NCBI GenBank assembly: GCA_003566775.1
Contig: PXBW01000215.1
Coordinates: 3,529-67,528, forward strand
Direction: 5' to 3'
From: a candidate division WS1 bacterium
GTDB taxonomy: Bacteria > Armatimonadota > Zipacnadia > Zipacnadales > UBA5352
Length of the DNA: 64,000 nt
Of this stretch, positions 27,882-38,998 are shown piece after piece; the first letter of the stretch is position 1; each line of letters opens with the position of its first letter. A model generated the notes under the pieces. That model was given only the letters and a program-made list of their open reading frames with translations. It was not told the origin of the DNA and searched no databases. The position numbers were made by a program, and so were the translations under genes.

Positions 27882-29271
27882 GCCCGACTCGCGCAATCTG
27901 CCCCGGTTCCCCCTTGCCGCAGTTCGCGACCCCCTGAATCCTCCAAGTCGCCTCGTCGGCGACCGCGTCGCAGGCGGCCCAGAACTGTGGCGTGATGCCC
28001 GTGTAGGTCGGCTTGCGCACCATGCCGACGATCTCGCCATCCTCGATCAGCCAGCCGAGTTCGCAGCCGAACTGGAAGTTGAGTCGTCGATCGTCGATAC
28101 TCCAACTGAGATTGTCCTCCATCATGATCCCGCGCTCGGTCCCGCCGATTATCTCCTCTACCGTCTCGGAGCCCGGTTCGAGGTTGATATTCGTCATGCG
28201 AATCAAGGGCAGGCGCGCCCAACCGTCCGCGCGCATGCAACCGTTACTCGACTCAAGACCGAGTTGGGCCGCGGTCTCCCGCGAGGTGAGGTAGCCGACG
28301 AAGATGCCATCCCTGACTATCCAGCTTCTCTGCGCCGGGACGCCTTCGTCATCGTACGCGAATGAGCCGAGGCCGCCCTCGAGCGTCGCATCCGCGGTTA
28401 TGTTCACCTTCTCGGAGCCATAGCGAAACTCACCGAGCCTCTCCGGGGTGAGGAAGCTGGTGCCCGCGTATGCCGCCTCAGTCCCGAAGACGCGATCGAG
28501 TTCGATGGGATGACCACAGGACTCGTGAATCTGGAGGGCAAGCTGCCCGCCCGCAAGAATCAGGTCCATGCGCCCGGAGGGACATTCGTCGGCGTCGAGA
28601 AGCTGACGGGCCTCGGCCGCGACCCCGGCCGCGTGTCCCGGAAGATCAAGCTCATCGAGCAACTCGAAGCCCCGTGCCATCACCTGCCCGCCGTGGGATG
28701 AGGGATATGAGCGCCGCTGCGCTCCCGCCTCGCCGATAGAGGTCGCCTGCAACCCCGCCCCGGTCTCCACGCGCTCCTGGTAGATCGACGCCCCCTCGGT
28801 CGAAGCGAAGTGCTTGTTGATGCGCCGGGCGCTGATGTATCCCTCGGCGATGTCCACACCCTCGTCACGCATCAGGCGGTCGCACTCCATGAGGATCTCA
28901 ACCCGCTCGCTTGCGGGCACTTCGTCGGGATCTATCTCAGCCTTAGCCACCACACTGTCGATGACCGGTTCCGCGTCGGCAAGTTGTACCGGTTCCTCGC
29001 GGGTCGGCGCCGCGGCACGTGCGAGATCTACCGCCCGGCGTGCGACCGCCCGAAGTCCCGCGTCCGAGAGATCGGCCGTCCCGGCGAAGCCCCATGAGCC
29101 GTCGGCAATGACGCGCACGCCGAGGCCACGGTCACGTTCATCCGACAGCACCTCAGTCGCGCCGTTCTTCGTGCCGATGCGTTCGTGCCGATGGTCGATG
29201 CATCGCGCGTCGGCGTAGGAGGCTCCGGCGCCCCCCGCGGCCTCGACCGCCTTCTCACACAGCCGCTCCAT
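27823..29271 (-). CDS. tldD: TldD-family metalloprotease
   Basis: HESCGH metal-binding motif, 482 aa, and a conserved C-terminal GxC motif region. Confidence 0.85.
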   Translation of the reverse strand: MERLCEKAVEAAGGAGASYADARCIDHRHERIGTKNGATEVLSDERDRGLGVRVIADGSWGFAGTADLSDAGLRAVARRAVDLARAAAPTREEPVQLADAEPVIDSVVAKAEIDPDEVPASERVEILMECDRLMRDEGVDIAEGYISARRINKHFASTEGASIYQERVETGAGLQATSIGEAGAQRRSYPSSHGGQVMARGFELLDELDLPGHAAGVAAEARQLLDADECPSGRMDLILAGGQLALQIHESCGHPIELDRVFGTEAAYAGTSFLTPERLGEFRYGSEKVNITADATLEGGLGSFAYDDEGVPAQRSWIVRDGIFVGYLTSRETAAQLGLESSNGCMRADGWARLPLIRMTNINLEPGSETVEEIIGGTERGIMMEDNLSWSIDDRRLNFQFGCELGWLIEDGEIVGMVRKPTYTGITPQFWAACDAVADEATWRIQGVANCGKGEPGQIARVGHGISAARFRDVEVGVGADE

Positions 29272-29337
29272 AGGATCATCTCCCTCAACACTCGATTCGA
29301 CGAGGGTGCGCGGTCTCCTGCGTGGGTGTTCGCAGGG

Positions 29338-30207
29338 TCAGACGATGCCGTCGGCAAATTCCCGGGCGGAGAAGGGTACAAGGTCTTCCATCTTCTCTCC
29401 GACGCCCGCTAACTTGATCGGGACTTCCATCTCGGCGGTGAGAGAGAGCAGGGCGCCTCCGCGGGCCGTGCTGTCAAGCTTCGCGATGGCGATCCCGGTC
29501 ACACCTACCGCTTCATTGAACTGCCGTGCCTGGTTTACTGCGTTCTGACCGGTATTTGCATCAATCACCAGCAGGCGCTCATCCGTGGGGCGTCCGGTCG
29601 CGCGCTCGACAACGCGAGCCATCTTCCGCAACTCTTCCATCAGGTTGACCTGTGTGTGCAGGCGACCCGCTGTGTCGGCGATCACGACATCGGTCCCGCG
29701 CGCCTTTGCGGCATCGAGCGCATCGAACATCACCGCGGCCGGATCGGCGCCTTTCTCCTGTGCCACGACCTGGCAGCCGACGCGTTCGCCCCATGTCTGA
29801 AGCTGCTCGATTGCCGCCGCCCGGAAGGTATCGCCTGCGGCCAGCAGCACGTCGTCCCCGCGCGACTTGAAGAGGTACGCGAGCTTCGCAATCGTGGTGG
29901 TCTTGCCGGCCCCGTTGACCCCGAGTACGAGGATGGTCGTGGGCGGCTCGTCGGCGACGTTCAACTCTCCCTCGAACGGCTCAAGACGCTCGTGGACCTG
30001 ATCGCGCAGCAGATCCATCATGCCCTCTTCATCTGTGACCCGGCTGCGCTCTGCCTCCGTCCGCATCTCCTCGACAATCTCCATCGCCACCGGCACACTC
30101 ACGTCGGCCTGCACCAGCGCCGCCTCAAGTTCCTCGGTGGTCTCCTCATCCAGTGTTGCACGGCCGCGCAGTACGTTGCCCACGCGGCGCATCAGCCCTC
30201 TGAGCAC
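29338..30207 (-). CDS. ftsY: signal recognition particle receptor FtsY (NG-domain-only form)
   Basis: SRP GTPase motifs: ILVLGVNGAGKTTTIAKL (G1), DTAGR (G3), and TKLDSTARGG (G4/closing motif). It lies immediately downstream of smc, a conserved smc-ftsY arrangement. Confidence 0.9.
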   Translation of the reverse strand: MLRGLMRRVGNVLRGRATLDEETTEELEAALVQADVSVPVAMEIVEEMRTEAERSRVTDEEGMMDLLRDQVHERLEPFEGELNVADEPPTTILVLGVNGAGKTTTIAKLAYLFKSRGDDVLLAAGDTFRAAAIEQLQTWGERVGCQVVAQEKGADPAAVMFDALDAAKARGTDVVIADTAGRLHTQVNLMEELRKMARVVERATGRPTDERLLVIDANTGQNAVNQARQFNEAVGVTGIAIAKLDSTARGGALLSLTAEMEVPIKLAGVGEKMEDLVPFSAREFADGIV

Positions 30208-30300
30208 TGTGCACCCGTCCCTTCAGTATGTTGGTATGTCGTCAGATTGCGCGGCCACCGCCACCTCGTGCGTCGAGGCACGTCTTACGTATCGGAATCG

Positions 30301-33300
30301 CTATCCTTCGCCCGGCACGCTCGTAGCATCTTCGTGAGTCGCGGTCGACCGGCTTCGCTCATGCTCGCGTTGCCTGCGTGCCTGCTCCTGTGCGTCACGA
30401 AGCTCCACCGAGATGCGCCGGGAGACGCCTGCCTCCTGCATGGTTACGCCGTGCAGGAGGTCCACCGCCTCCATCGTGCGCGGGTTATGCGTGATGATGA
30501 TGAACTGCGATCGATCCGCGAACTGCTTGAGCAGCTTCACGAAGCGATCTGTGTTCGTTGCGTCGAGCGCAGCGTCGATCTCATCGAGCACGCAGAATGG
30601 GCTGGGCTTAACCTTCAGCATGGCGAAGAGCAGCGCGAGGGCAGTCATGGCGCGCTCTCCGCCGGAAAGCAGGCTCAGATGCTTCGGCCGCTTGCCCGTC
30701 GGCTGTGCGAACACTTCGACGCCACTTTCCAGTGGATTGTCATTGTCGGTGAGGTAAAGCTCGGTCTTGCCGCCGTGGAACAGGGTCGTGAAGGTCTCCT
30801 CGAATGCTTCGGCGATCTCCCCGAAGGTTGCGAGGAATTCCTCTTCGGCAGCGGTATCGATCTCTTCGATAATCTGAAGCAGATCCTCCCGTGCCTCCTC
30901 CATGTCCTCACGCTGGCCCTTGAGAAACTCCTCCCGTGCCCCGAGCCTCTCACACTCATCGATCGCGCTGAGATTCACGTGTCCCAGTGCGCGGATGTCA
31001 CGCTTGAGCGAGTTTACGTCGCGAGCGAGCTTCTGTCTGCTCGGTTCGTCGTCGTCGAGGCGCTCCATCGCCTCCTCAGGAGAGACCTCGTAGACGTCGG
31101 CAAGACGCTCGCGGATGCTCTCAAGCTGTGCCTGCTCACGTGTGAGCGCAACTTCCGCACGCTGCACCTTCTCCTGCTGGTTCTCCAGCACCCGCCGCAG
31201 CTTCCGGCTCGATGCCTCAAGCTGTTCCAACTTCTCGCGCAGGGTCGCGACATCTTCGGAGCGTCGGCCGACCACCTCGCGCAGCTTCTCAGCCTGCTCT
31301 TTCTCTTCCTCGAGGCGCTCTGCGGTGGTCTGGAGTTCGCCCTCAAACTCATCGATCTGAGCGGTCAGATTCGCGCGTGTCTTCTCCGCTACCTCAATCT
31401 CTCTTCGAGCGCGAGCAAGCTCGCCCTCGGTGTGTCGCACCAGTTCCTGCAGAGAGCGCTCCTTCTCCCGCAACTCGGCCAGCGCAACCTCTGCGTCAGT
31501 GACGGCGGAGCGCCGCTTCTCGATCTCTGAGGAAGCAAGCTGCCCCGACTTGACCTGCTCAATCTCGGAAGCCAACTCGGCCACCTGCACCTCCATCTCC
31601 TCTGCCGCCGCTGTCAGCTTCTTCTGACGTCCCGCAGTGGTGGTGAGACGCTTCTTGAGGTCCTCGATCTCCTGCTCGATCTCGGCGGCGGCGCTGATGG
31701 CGGTCTCAGCCTGATCCTGCATGTGGACGACGTCGCGCTCGGCCTCTGACAACTCGGTGCGGGCATCGCTCGCCGCTTCAGAGGCCTCCTCCACCCCCTG
31801 CGCGAGCCTCTCCGCCTCACGCTCGAAGCTCTCTTCGAAGCGCCACGCCTCTGCTACCGCATGTTTCAGGCGGTTCAGTTCTGCGCTCACCTGATCCATC
31901 TCGCGCCTGCGTGAGAACACCTCAACTGTCGCACCGCCCCGCGACCCGCCCCGAATCGCTCCGCTCCGCTCGATCAGTTCGCCCTCGACGGTGACCGCCC
32001 GGCACTGATGCCCGATGCGCTTGAGATGTCTCCGGGCCGCCTCGAGATCGTCCATGATCAGGCAGTCACCCAGAAGATGATCGAGCATCGAGCGCATCTC
32101 GCGCTCCGTCCTCACAAGGCTGGAGGCCACCCCGAGGCAGCCATCGCCGGAGGCGAGTCTCGCGGTGCGCGGCGTGCTCGCTGTCAGCACCGACAGGGGC
32201 AGGAAAGTCGCCTCACCGAGTTCATGCTCTCTAAGGTATTCGATCCCGGCGAGGGCCTGCTCTTCGTTGTCCACCAATATCCACTGAAGCCGCTCACCAA
32301 GCGCCACCTCGATTGCGACCTCGAGTCGCGCCGGGACCTCAATAAGCTCCCCGACCACGCCGCGGATGCCTTCAAGCTCTCCCCGCTCGGCGGCTTCCAT
32401 CGTCGCCCGAACTGAGTCCTCGAAGCCCTCGCGGCTCCGCTCAAGCTCCTCCAGCAGGGCCATGCGTGTCTCGGCTGCGGTCGCCGCTCCAGCGAGGATG
32501 TCACGCTTCGCGCGGTGCTCGCGCAGGGTTCGGTTCAGCCAGTCGTGGCGCTCGGTGAGCGCCGAAAGCTCCTCGCGCGTCGTCTTCACCTTAGCGGCCA
32601 ACTCGTCCCGCCGGCGCTTAACCTGCGCCATCTTATCCCGGGCCTCGGCAGCCTGTGACTGCAGGGCCTCGCGCTGGCTCTCAAGTCGCTGCACCCGCTC
32701 GCGCAACTCTTCCTTCAGGCTCTCCATCGCCTCGGCTTCGCGCCGCAGATTCGCGGCATTCTGCTGCTGCTCCTGGCGCTGCGAATGAAGCTTGCTCAGA
32801 CGCCTCTGGGATTCCTTGCGCCGCCTCTCCTGCTTCTTGAGGTCGCTGCGGAGGCGGTCGATCTCCTGCGAGGTCTTCTCCGTACGCTCTCGGATCCTCT
32901 GTCTCCGCGCGCGCAGCTCCTCGAGCTGCCCGGACAGTTCATCGAGCCGCGAACTGTCGTCGCGATCCGACTCCTCCAGATCCCGGAGGCGTTCGCGGGC
33001 CGACCTCAGCTTCTCCTGCGTCACCGCGTGGGCCCGCTCCGTCTGATCCGATCTGCGCTCAGCCTCCCTGGCTTTATCACGGAGCTTCGAGAGTTCGTTT
33101 TCGCCCCTGTGCAGTTCTGCCGCGATGCGCTCCTCCTCTGTCTCGATGAGCGTCATCCGAGAGCGGGTGCCTTCGGCATCGGCGGCGCCGATCTCCTGGT
33201 CGTTCGAGAGCTTGCCGAGTCGCTCGTTCCTGTCCCGATAGTCGAGTGCCAGCAGCTTGAGTTCAAGCTCACGAAGCTGGTTGTCGAGATCACGATACTG

Positions 33301-33939
33301 CCGCGCCTTCTCCGCGGCCTGCTCCAGCGGCTCGCGCTGCGAGGTGAGTTCGTAGATGATATCGGAGATGCGGCGCAGGTTCGCCTCGGTCGCCTCCAGC
33401 TTCCGCTGAGCCTTCCGGCGGCGACGCCGGTACTTGCCTATTCCGGCGACCTCCTCCATCAACTCGCGCCGGTCCTCGGAGCGGACGCTCAGAATCGCTT
33501 CGATCTCGCCCTGCCCGACGATGGAGTACGCCGCCTGCCCAACCCCGGTGTCGACGAAGAGATCGTGAATGTCTCGCAGCCGGCAGCTCGAGTTATTGAT
33601 TCCATACTCGCTCTCTCCGGTGCGGTAGAGGCGGCGATAGACCTCGACCTCGGTGAAATCTACGGGCAGCATCCCATCGGAGTTGTCCAGCAGCAGCCGC
33701 ACTTCAGACATTCCCAGCGGGCTTCGCCCCTCGGCTCCCGCGAAGATCACGTCCTGTGAAGTTTGCGTGCGGATTGCACGGTTACTCTGCTCGCCCAGCA
33801 CCCAGAGGACCGCGTCGGCAACGTTACTCTTGCCGACACCGTTGGGTCCCACAATGGCGGTAAGGCCCTCGCCGAACTCGAGCACGGTGTGATTGGCGAA
33901 GCTCTTGAAGCCGCGCATCTCCAGACTTTTCAGATACAC
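30301..33939 (-). CDS. smc: chromosome segregation protein SMC
   Basis: N-terminal [13 protein letters not shown]...[12 protein letters not shown] (Walker A), long coiled coils, a hinge, and a C-terminal LSGGE signature plus Walker B ([12 protein letters not shown]). The start is chosen at the GTG (33939), which gives the canonical MYLKSLE N-terminus with an AGGGGA RBS; the six-frame ORF extends to 33999. Confidence 0.9.
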   Translation of the reverse strand: MYLKSLEMRGFKSFANHTVLEFGEGLTAIVGPNGVGKSNVADAVLWVLGEQSNRAIRTQTSQDVIFAGAEGRSPLGMSEVRLLLDNSDGMLPVDFTEVEVYRRLYRTGESEYGINNSSCRLRDIHDLFVDTGVGQAAYSIVGQGEIEAILSVRSEDRRELMEEVAGIGKYRRRRRKAQRKLEATEANLRRISDIIYELTSQREPLEQAAEKARQYRDLDNQLRELELKLLALDYRDRNERLGKLSNDQEIGAADAEGTRSRMTLIETEEERIAAELHRGENELSKLRDKAREAERRSDQTERAHAVTQEKLRSARERLRDLEESDRDDSSRLDELSGQLEELRARRQRIRERTEKTSQEIDRLRSDLKKQERRRKESQRRLSKLHSQRQEQQQNAANLRREAEAMESLKEELRERVQRLESQREALQSQAAEARDKMAQVKRRRDELAAKVKTTREELSALTERHDWLNRTLREHRAKRDILAGAATAAETRMALLEELERSREGFEDSVRATMEAAERGELEGIRGVVGELIEVPARLEVAIEVALGERLQWILVDNEEQALAGIEYLREHELGEATFLPLSVLTASTPRTARLASGDGCLGVASSLVRTEREMRSMLDHLLGDCLIMDDLEAARRHLKRIGHQCRAVTVEGELIERSGAIRGGSRGGATVEVFSRRREMDQVSAELNRLKHAVAEAWRFEESFEREAERLAQGVEEASEAASDARTELSEAERDVVHMQDQAETAISAAAEIEQEIEDLKKRLTTTAGRQKKLTAAAEEMEVQVAELASEIEQVKSGQLASSEIEKRRSAVTDAEVALAELREKERSLQELVRHTEGELARARREIEVAEKTRANLTAQIDEFEGELQTTAERLEEEKEQAEKLREVVGRRSEDVATLREKLEQLEASSRKLRRVLENQQEKVQRAEVALTREQAQLESIRERLADVYEVSPEEAMERLDDDEPSRQKLARDVNSLKRDIRALGHVNLSAIDECERLGAREEFLKGQREDMEEAREDLLQIIEEIDTAAEEEFLATFGEIAEAFEETFTTLFHGGKTELYLTDNDNPLESGVEVFAQPTGKRPKHLSLLSGGERAMTALALLFAMLKVKPSPFCVLDEIDAALDATNTDRFVKLLKQFADRSQFIIITHNPRTMEAVDLLHGVTMQEAGVSRRISVELRDAQEQARRQREHERSRSTATHEDATSVPGEG

Positions 33940-33999
33940 CTGTTCGATCCCCTGCTTCCATCGGAGCGAGCATCCGCTCCGGTCAGCGAGTGCGCGCAT

Positions 34000-35097
34000 T
34001 CACCGAACGAGTATGTCCGGACGTTGCAGCGTGGTTCCTTCGTAAGATACCTCAAGGACGGGCCATCCCGCGGGCTCGCTGAGGAACTCCGGCCCATCCG
34101 CGGTCGCGATTATCGTGTCCTCGGACTTCGTTCCTGCTATTGAAGGATTCCATGCAAACGCCTGGGCCTCGAGCACCGTCTCCTTCGAGTTCAACGTCGC
34201 TTTGTACTCCCGCGGCGCATACCCCGTCGCGCCGCCCTGATGATGCAGACGCCACTCGCGGGCGAAGCCGCTCTCCTCGTATGCCGCCATCCCGTGCCGG
34301 AAGATATCGCTCACGCCCGCACCCGGCCTCGACTCAAGGTTGAAGCATGCGTCCACATGGCAGCATGCCCGATGCTTGTCGCGTATCTCCGCGGGGGGCT
34401 CCCCGAAGTGCACCATCCGCGTGATGTAGACGCCCAGCCCGTACTTCGAAGCGCCGAGCACCACCATGACGTGCCGCTCCAGCACGAGATCCGTCGGTAT
34501 CGGATGTCGGTACTTGAACGCACGTTCATCGGCTGCGATCAGTGCGACTACGGGTTGCGCGCCCGCGGCAAAGGTCCGGCGCATCAGCAGCGCGGCAATC
34601 TCATGTTCGGTCATCCCCGGCTCGATCTCTCTACCGGTCTGTGCGATCGCCTCAGAGGCCGCCGCCGCAACCGCACGATACCGCTCTATCTCGGGCTCCA
34701 TCAGTCGCCACCGGAGGCGGTTGAAGCCATCAGATACGTCCTCGGCAAAGGCCAGGGGTGTGTCCGCACCGACACTGCCCGGTGCAAGCGCGGCTACCAT
34801 CGCGGCGCGATCCTCTTCGTGCCACTCCTGCGAATGTACCTCGAAGGGTAGCTCTTTGAGTTCCTCCTCGACAAAGCGTCCCGCCTCGATGTTGTCACAG
34901 GCCAGCATCTGACTATCGGGCGTCACCACCAGCCATCCCACTCCGGTGGCCGAGCCAAGGTCCACGTGTGAGCTGCCGCCGGCGGTCAGCCAGGCGAAGT
35001 TTGCCCGGGTGGTAAGTATCATCGCATCCAGATTCGCCTCGCCGATGTATGCGCGAACCTTCTCGAGCTTCGCCTGAACCTCTTCGTTGCGTGTCAA
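34000..35097 (-). CDS. creatinase/prolidase-like (M24 pita-bread fold) family protein
   Basis: The N-terminus resembles the creatinase/prolidase N domain (LEKVRAYIGEANLDAMILTTRANFAWLTAG). The C-terminal region has spaced D/H/E residues; the classic GHGxG motif is not obvious, so peptidase activity is uncertain. Confidence 0.55.
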   Translation of the reverse strand: MTRNEEVQAKLEKVRAYIGEANLDAMILTTRANFAWLTAGGSSHVDLGSATGVGWLVVTPDSQMLACDNIEAGRFVEEELKELPFEVHSQEWHEEDRAAMVAALAPGSVGADTPLAFAEDVSDGFNRLRWRLMEPEIERYRAVAAAASEAIAQTGREIEPGMTEHEIAALLMRRTFAAGAQPVVALIAADERAFKYRHPIPTDLVLERHVMVVLGASKYGLGVYITRMVHFGEPPAEIRDKHRACCHVDACFNLESRPGAGVSDIFRHGMAAYEESGFAREWRLHHQGGATGYAPREYKATLNSKETVLEAQAFAWNPSIAGTKSEDTIIATADGPEFLSEPAGWPVLEVSYEGTTLQRPDILVR

Positions 35098-35100
35098 CGC

Positions 35101-36276
35101 TCAGTCCTCCCCATCGGCGGGGATCAGTCCCGCGCCATCCGCGGCATCAGTGCCGAAGATCGCGGGCCCAAGCCCCGTCTGCGTCTCGTAGCGCCGCGCA
35201 ACCGTTGTGATGAACTCATCCTCCGCTTCTGCCCGCACCAGCGCCAGCACACAGCCGCCGAAGCCCGCGCCAATCAGCCGGGCGCCGAAGCAGCCCGTTG
35301 CTTCCAGCGCCGCCTCGCGCATCGCCTCAAGTTCCCTGCAGCTAACCTCATAGTTGTCGCGCAGGCTGAGATGGCTCTGGTTGAGCAGGGTTCCGAGAGC
35401 CTCAACGTCGCCCGCTTCGAGGACCTTCACACCCTGCTGCACACGCTGGTTCTCGGTCACGACGTGGCGCGCGCGCCGCAGCAATGTGCCACCGAGCAGA
35501 TCCGCGTTCGCATCCAGTGTCGGCTCGTCAACGTCGCGCAGCGTCCGGACGCCGAGAAGCTCGGACGCCTGCTCACACTGCGCCCGACGCTCATTGTACG
35601 CCGATCCCACCAGTTCCCGCGGCTTCTTTGTATCACAGACAACGAAGCGAGCCTCATCAGAGCCCATCTTCACCAGACGCCGCTTCAGTGTGCGGCAGTC
35701 CAGCCAGAGAACTCGCTCTGTACGAGCAAATACTGAAGTAAACTGATCGAGAATCCCGCACCGCATCCCGACGAACTCGTTCTCGGCACGCTGACACAGC
35801 AGCGCCAGTGTCTCGGGATCGATCGAACATTCTGCGAGAGTGCTCAGCGCGATTGCGGTGGCGACCTCGATGGCCGCTGATGAGGATACCCCGCCACCGA
35901 CCGGGACGTCGCTTACAATGGCGAGGTCCGCGCCCGGAACCTCACAGCCCTCGGCCGCAAGCTCCTGCGCCACGCCCGCAACGTAGTCCCACCAGCGGCC
36001 CCACGGTCCCTCATCGAGGCGGGAGAGTTCAAAGCTCGCCTCAGTCTCATCACAGTCGCTCCACGCGCGCAGGTGCAGATCATCGCGCTCGCCCGCCGCC
36101 ACCACGGTGGCACGCTCGATAGCGAGCGCCATGATGAAGCCCTCGCTGTAATCGGTGTGCCCGCCCAGCATCTCCAACCGTCCGGGGGCGCGCGCGATCA
36201 CATCTGGTTCGCGCTCGAAGCGGTTCCGAAACTCCGTCTCCGCTCGCCCGGCAAGTGCCCGTGTGGGGGCATCCAT
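35101..36276 (-). CDS. galK: galactokinase (GHMP kinase)
   Basis: Galactokinase signature APGRLEMLGGHTDYSEG and GHMP ATP-binding motif PVGGGVSSSAAIE. The start is set at MDAPTR; the six-frame ORF starts at 36303. Confidence 0.85.
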   Translation of the reverse strand: MDAPTRALAGRAETEFRNRFEREPDVIARAPGRLEMLGGHTDYSEGFIMALAIERATVVAAGERDDLHLRAWSDCDETEASFELSRLDEGPWGRWWDYVAGVAQELAAEGCEVPGADLAIVSDVPVGGGVSSSAAIEVATAIALSTLAECSIDPETLALLCQRAENEFVGMRCGILDQFTSVFARTERVLWLDCRTLKRRLVKMGSDEARFVVCDTKKPRELVGSAYNERRAQCEQASELLGVRTLRDVDEPTLDANADLLGGTLLRRARHVVTENQRVQQGVKVLEAGDVEALGTLLNQSHLSLRDNYEVSCRELEAMREAALEATGCFGARLIGAGFGGCVLALVRAEAEDEFITTVARRYETQTGLGPAIFGTDAADGAGLIPADGED

Positions 36277-36330
36277 GTAACACTCGTGATTATACAGGAT
36301 CACTACCCCCTGTCAACGCGGAAGAAATCC

Positions 36331-37404
36331 TCACGCCTCATATTGTCCATGTTTATGCACAAGTTCCATCACGTATCTGTACTGTTCGAAGCTGACGTTG
36401 TCCGGCACGGAATGATCCGAATGGTAGATGTACCCGCCCCCGCGCCTGGCTATCCCGATCTTCGTGGCGATCTCCTCTTCTATGATACGCGGGTCACCCT
36501 CGGCCATCTTTCGGACATCGATGCCGCCCATGAAGGCGAGTTGCTGTCCGTAGCGCTCCTTCAGCGCGAGCAGGTCCATCCCGGCCTTGACTTCCAGCGG
36601 CTGCAGGCAATCGAATCCCGCGTCGATGAGGTCCGGCACCAGTGCCGTCACATCACCACACGAGTGCAGTACCACCTTCAGGCCATGCCGATGGAAGAAG
36701 TCGCAGGTCTTCGCATGCGCCGGTTGGCACAGATCACGGTACATCTGCGGGGAGAAGAGCGGTCCGTTGCGGTATCCCATGTCATCGCAGAGGAATGCGC
36801 CGTCGAACTCGAAGCCGCCCTCGATCATCATCTGCGCGGTCTCAACGATCATATCCGCCGCGGTCATAAACATGTCGGCACACCAGTCCGGCTCCTGCGC
36901 CATCGCCATCAGCAGTCGCTCGGAGCCCACAATACCCTGGGTCTTGTCATAGCCGGTCGCCGCGCGGTAGGGGAACCACAGTCCTCTCTGGCGAGCCCTG
37001 CGCATCGCCCGAAGTCCGCCCTCCCAGTTGATCCGGTCGCGCCCGATCTCAAGCTCCTGTTTCCATGCGTACCAGTCTGCGGGCGTCTTTATCCTGAAGT
37101 CGATGCACTCAGGTGTTGAGGTGGAGTGCCGGAAGTTCCTGCGCAGGGCGCCGTTCGAGTTCCACTCGATGACGTATTCGTCTGTCTCCTCGACTATCTC
37201 CGGTTCCATACCCAGCGACAGATCCGCGCCGATACCGGAGAACTCGTAGCCGAAGTACTCAGCCGGCGTCGTATCCTTCGGCAGCCCCTCGCGATGCCAG
37301 CGGGCGATCGTTGTCGCCCATGGACTGTCGTGGATCGGGACCCGATCGGGCTCCTGATGATGCAGCGCCATCAGCACGCGTTCTCTACCCGTCATCAGTG
37401 TCAT
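36331..37404 (-). CDS. uroporphyrinogen decarboxylase (URO-D/MtaA) family protein
   Basis: N-terminus MTGRERVLMALHHQEPDRVPI is typical of the URO-D/methylcobamide methyltransferase family. It is 357 aa and there are no haem-pathway neighbours. Confidence 0.6.
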   Translation of the reverse strand: MTLMTGRERVLMALHHQEPDRVPIHDSPWATTIARWHREGLPKDTTPAEYFGYEFSGIGADLSLGMEPEIVEETDEYVIEWNSNGALRRNFRHSTSTPECIDFRIKTPADWYAWKQELEIGRDRINWEGGLRAMRRARQRGLWFPYRAATGYDKTQGIVGSERLLMAMAQEPDWCADMFMTAADMIVETAQMMIEGGFEFDGAFLCDDMGYRNGPLFSPQMYRDLCQPAHAKTCDFFHRHGLKVVLHSCGDVTALVPDLIDAGFDCLQPLEVKAGMDLLALKERYGQQLAFMGGIDVRKMAEGDPRIIEEEIATKIGIARRGGGYIYHSDHSVPDNVSFEQYRYVMELVHKHGQYEA

Positions 37405-38054
37405 CCTTTCGTACTCACAGGCTCGGAGGCACGATAGACGCGGAAACCGCCGCGCATGGCGGTTCTCGCCACCGTGGCAAATCGCGCTTCAAGTTCGCGC
37501 CGCAGGCTCTTCGCGCCTTTCTTCGTCGCGGCCACCATCCAGAGATCTCCGCCTGCTCGCAGCATCTCAGCGGCCTGATCCGCCATAGCCAGCACCGCCT
37601 GCCGACCCGCGCTGATCGGCGGATTGCATAAGACTGCATCGAAGCAGCGCCCCGCCAGTACCTGGAGGGCATCGCCGCAGATCACCTGTGCCTCTACATC
37701 GTTGCGCCTGACATTCCTGCGCGCAAGATCGCACGCCCGGCGGTTGATGTCAACCATCACCACACTCAGTTCCGGCCATGTCCTCGCCGCCACAATCCCC
37801 ACCAGCCCCCACGCGCAGCCCCAGTCGAGTACGCTGCCCTCCTCGGGAAGATCCATCTTCTCGGCCAGCAGGCGGCTGCCTCGGTCAACCTTCCCGTAGG
37901 AGAACACGCCCCGGTCGGTCACGAAGCTCAGTCGGTGTCCGCGCACCTCCGCCTCAACGGTGCGGGGGTCACTCGGCACCTCTGGCTCCTTCACAAAGTA
38001 ATGCGCATTACCCGCGTCGTCAGTCATCGTTCGGCTCATCCTCGTCCGATTCAT
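37401..38054 (-). CDS. RsmC/RlmG-like small-domain SAM-dependent methyltransferase
   Basis: VLDWGCAWGLVGIVAA (motif I) and CNPPI (N-methyltransferase motif IV). It overlaps the upstream gene; an alternative start at 38027 (MTDDAGNAHYF) avoids the overlap. Confidence 0.65.
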   Translation of the reverse strand: MNRTRMSRTMTDDAGNAHYFVKEPEVPSDPRTVEAEVRGHRLSFVTDRGVFSYGKVDRGSRLLAEKMDLPEEGSVLDWGCAWGLVGIVAARTWPELSVVMVDINRRACDLARRNVRRNDVEAQVICGDALQVLAGRCFDAVLCNPPISAGRQAVLAMADQAAEMLRAGGDLWMVAATKKGAKSLRRELEARFATVARTAMRGGFRVYRASEPVSTKG

Positions 38055-38985
38055 CGCGTGCCAACTCCATCAGCACCATCTCGGGCGGACAGAAGACGCG
38101 CACGGGCAGCCAGTTCACTCCCACGCCCCTGCTGACGTAGAGCAGTTGTCCACTCGGGCAGGGCACCTGCAGCGGCGTTTTGTTGAGCCTCAGGAGCTTC
38201 CAGTGACCGATTAGACGCTGCGGCACGCGCTCAGCCCTCTCGTCCAGTCGAAACAGCCCCGCTGCAAGCTGGCGCGGATAGGCCCTGTGGGTGATCAGCG
38301 CCTCTGCGCCGGGAATTCGCACCTGCCCTCCGTGCGTGTGCCCACAGACAGAGATATGCGCCTCAAGATCCGCCAGTTCCTGCCACTGTTCCGGAGAATG
38401 GGTCATTCCGATGCGAAGATCCGCCTCTGAATCCAGAGGAATCCGCTTCACTTTGGGATCCGCGCTACGCTCCGACGTATTGTCGATCCCCACGATCTCC
38501 AGCGTGCAGTCGCCCACCTTCAGTTGCACCGCATCGTTCACCAGCAGGGCGCCACCACCAGATCGGAGGGCCCTGCTGAGTTCCTCGCAGTCGAGCCGAT
38601 GCCTCAGGTCGGTGTTTCCGCGCACGGCGAAGGTGCGACAGATGGCCGACAGGGCTGCGATCAGATCGATGGCCTCGAGACGGTGTTCGCTGCTGTAGGT
38701 ATAATCACCGCCCAGCAGGAGTATATCCGGGGCGATCTCACGTAGACTCGCCAGGAGATCCTCGCGGGAAACGTAAAGGCGTTTCACATGCAGATCGGAG
38801 AGAAAGATGAGCCGAAGCTCATCGAGGTCCGCCGGCAGTTCGGGCAGCATCAGGCGGAGGTGGGTTGTGCGCAGGCGCCGTCCGTCCCGCTGCTGGGTCA
38901 CGAGGACAATAACGACAAGTGCCGCGATCAGCAGCACCGCTGTCGTGGGAAGCCACATCATCCTGAGGTCACCGCCGACCGACAC
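38020..38985 (-). CDS. membrane-anchored metallophosphoesterase (YkuE-like)
   Basis: N-terminal TM helix followed by LSDLHV, GDYT, GNTD and GHTHGGQ calcineurin-like phosphoesterase motifs. Confidence 0.65.
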   Translation of the reverse strand: MSVGGDLRMMWLPTTAVLLIAALVVIVLVTQQRDGRRLRTTHLRLMLPELPADLDELRLIFLSDLHVKRLYVSREDLLASLREIAPDILLLGGDYTYSSEHRLEAIDLIAALSAICRTFAVRGNTDLRHRLDCEELSRALRSGGGALLVNDAVQLKVGDCTLEIVGIDNTSERSADPKVKRIPLDSEADLRIGMTHSPEQWQELADLEAHISVCGHTHGGQVRIPGAEALITHRAYPRQLAAGLFRLDERAERVPQRLIGHWKLLRLNKTPLQVPCPSGQLLYVSRGVGVNWLPVRVFCPPEMVLMELARDESDEDEPNDD

Positions 38986-38998
38986 GTGTCGACTTCAA

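Noticed and set aside
26490-28040. Listed 516 aa extent of the pmbA ORF
   Set aside because: The 5' ~160 nt lie inside tldD in another frame and encode an Arg/Ser-rich low-complexity stretch. The start was moved to internal methionines (27830-27881).
29656-31530. 624 aa plus-strand ORF spanning the ftsY-smc region
   Set aside because: It is entirely antisense to two strongly supported genes (ftsY, smc) and has low-complexity R/L/A-rich composition typical of GC-driven shadow ORFs. The same applies to 16213-17460(-), 17629-18858(-), 42225-43373(+), 46156-47142(+), 46763-47857(+), 54303-55448(+), 56262-57569(+), 61512-63305(-) and the many 60-200 aa ORFs overlapping called genes.
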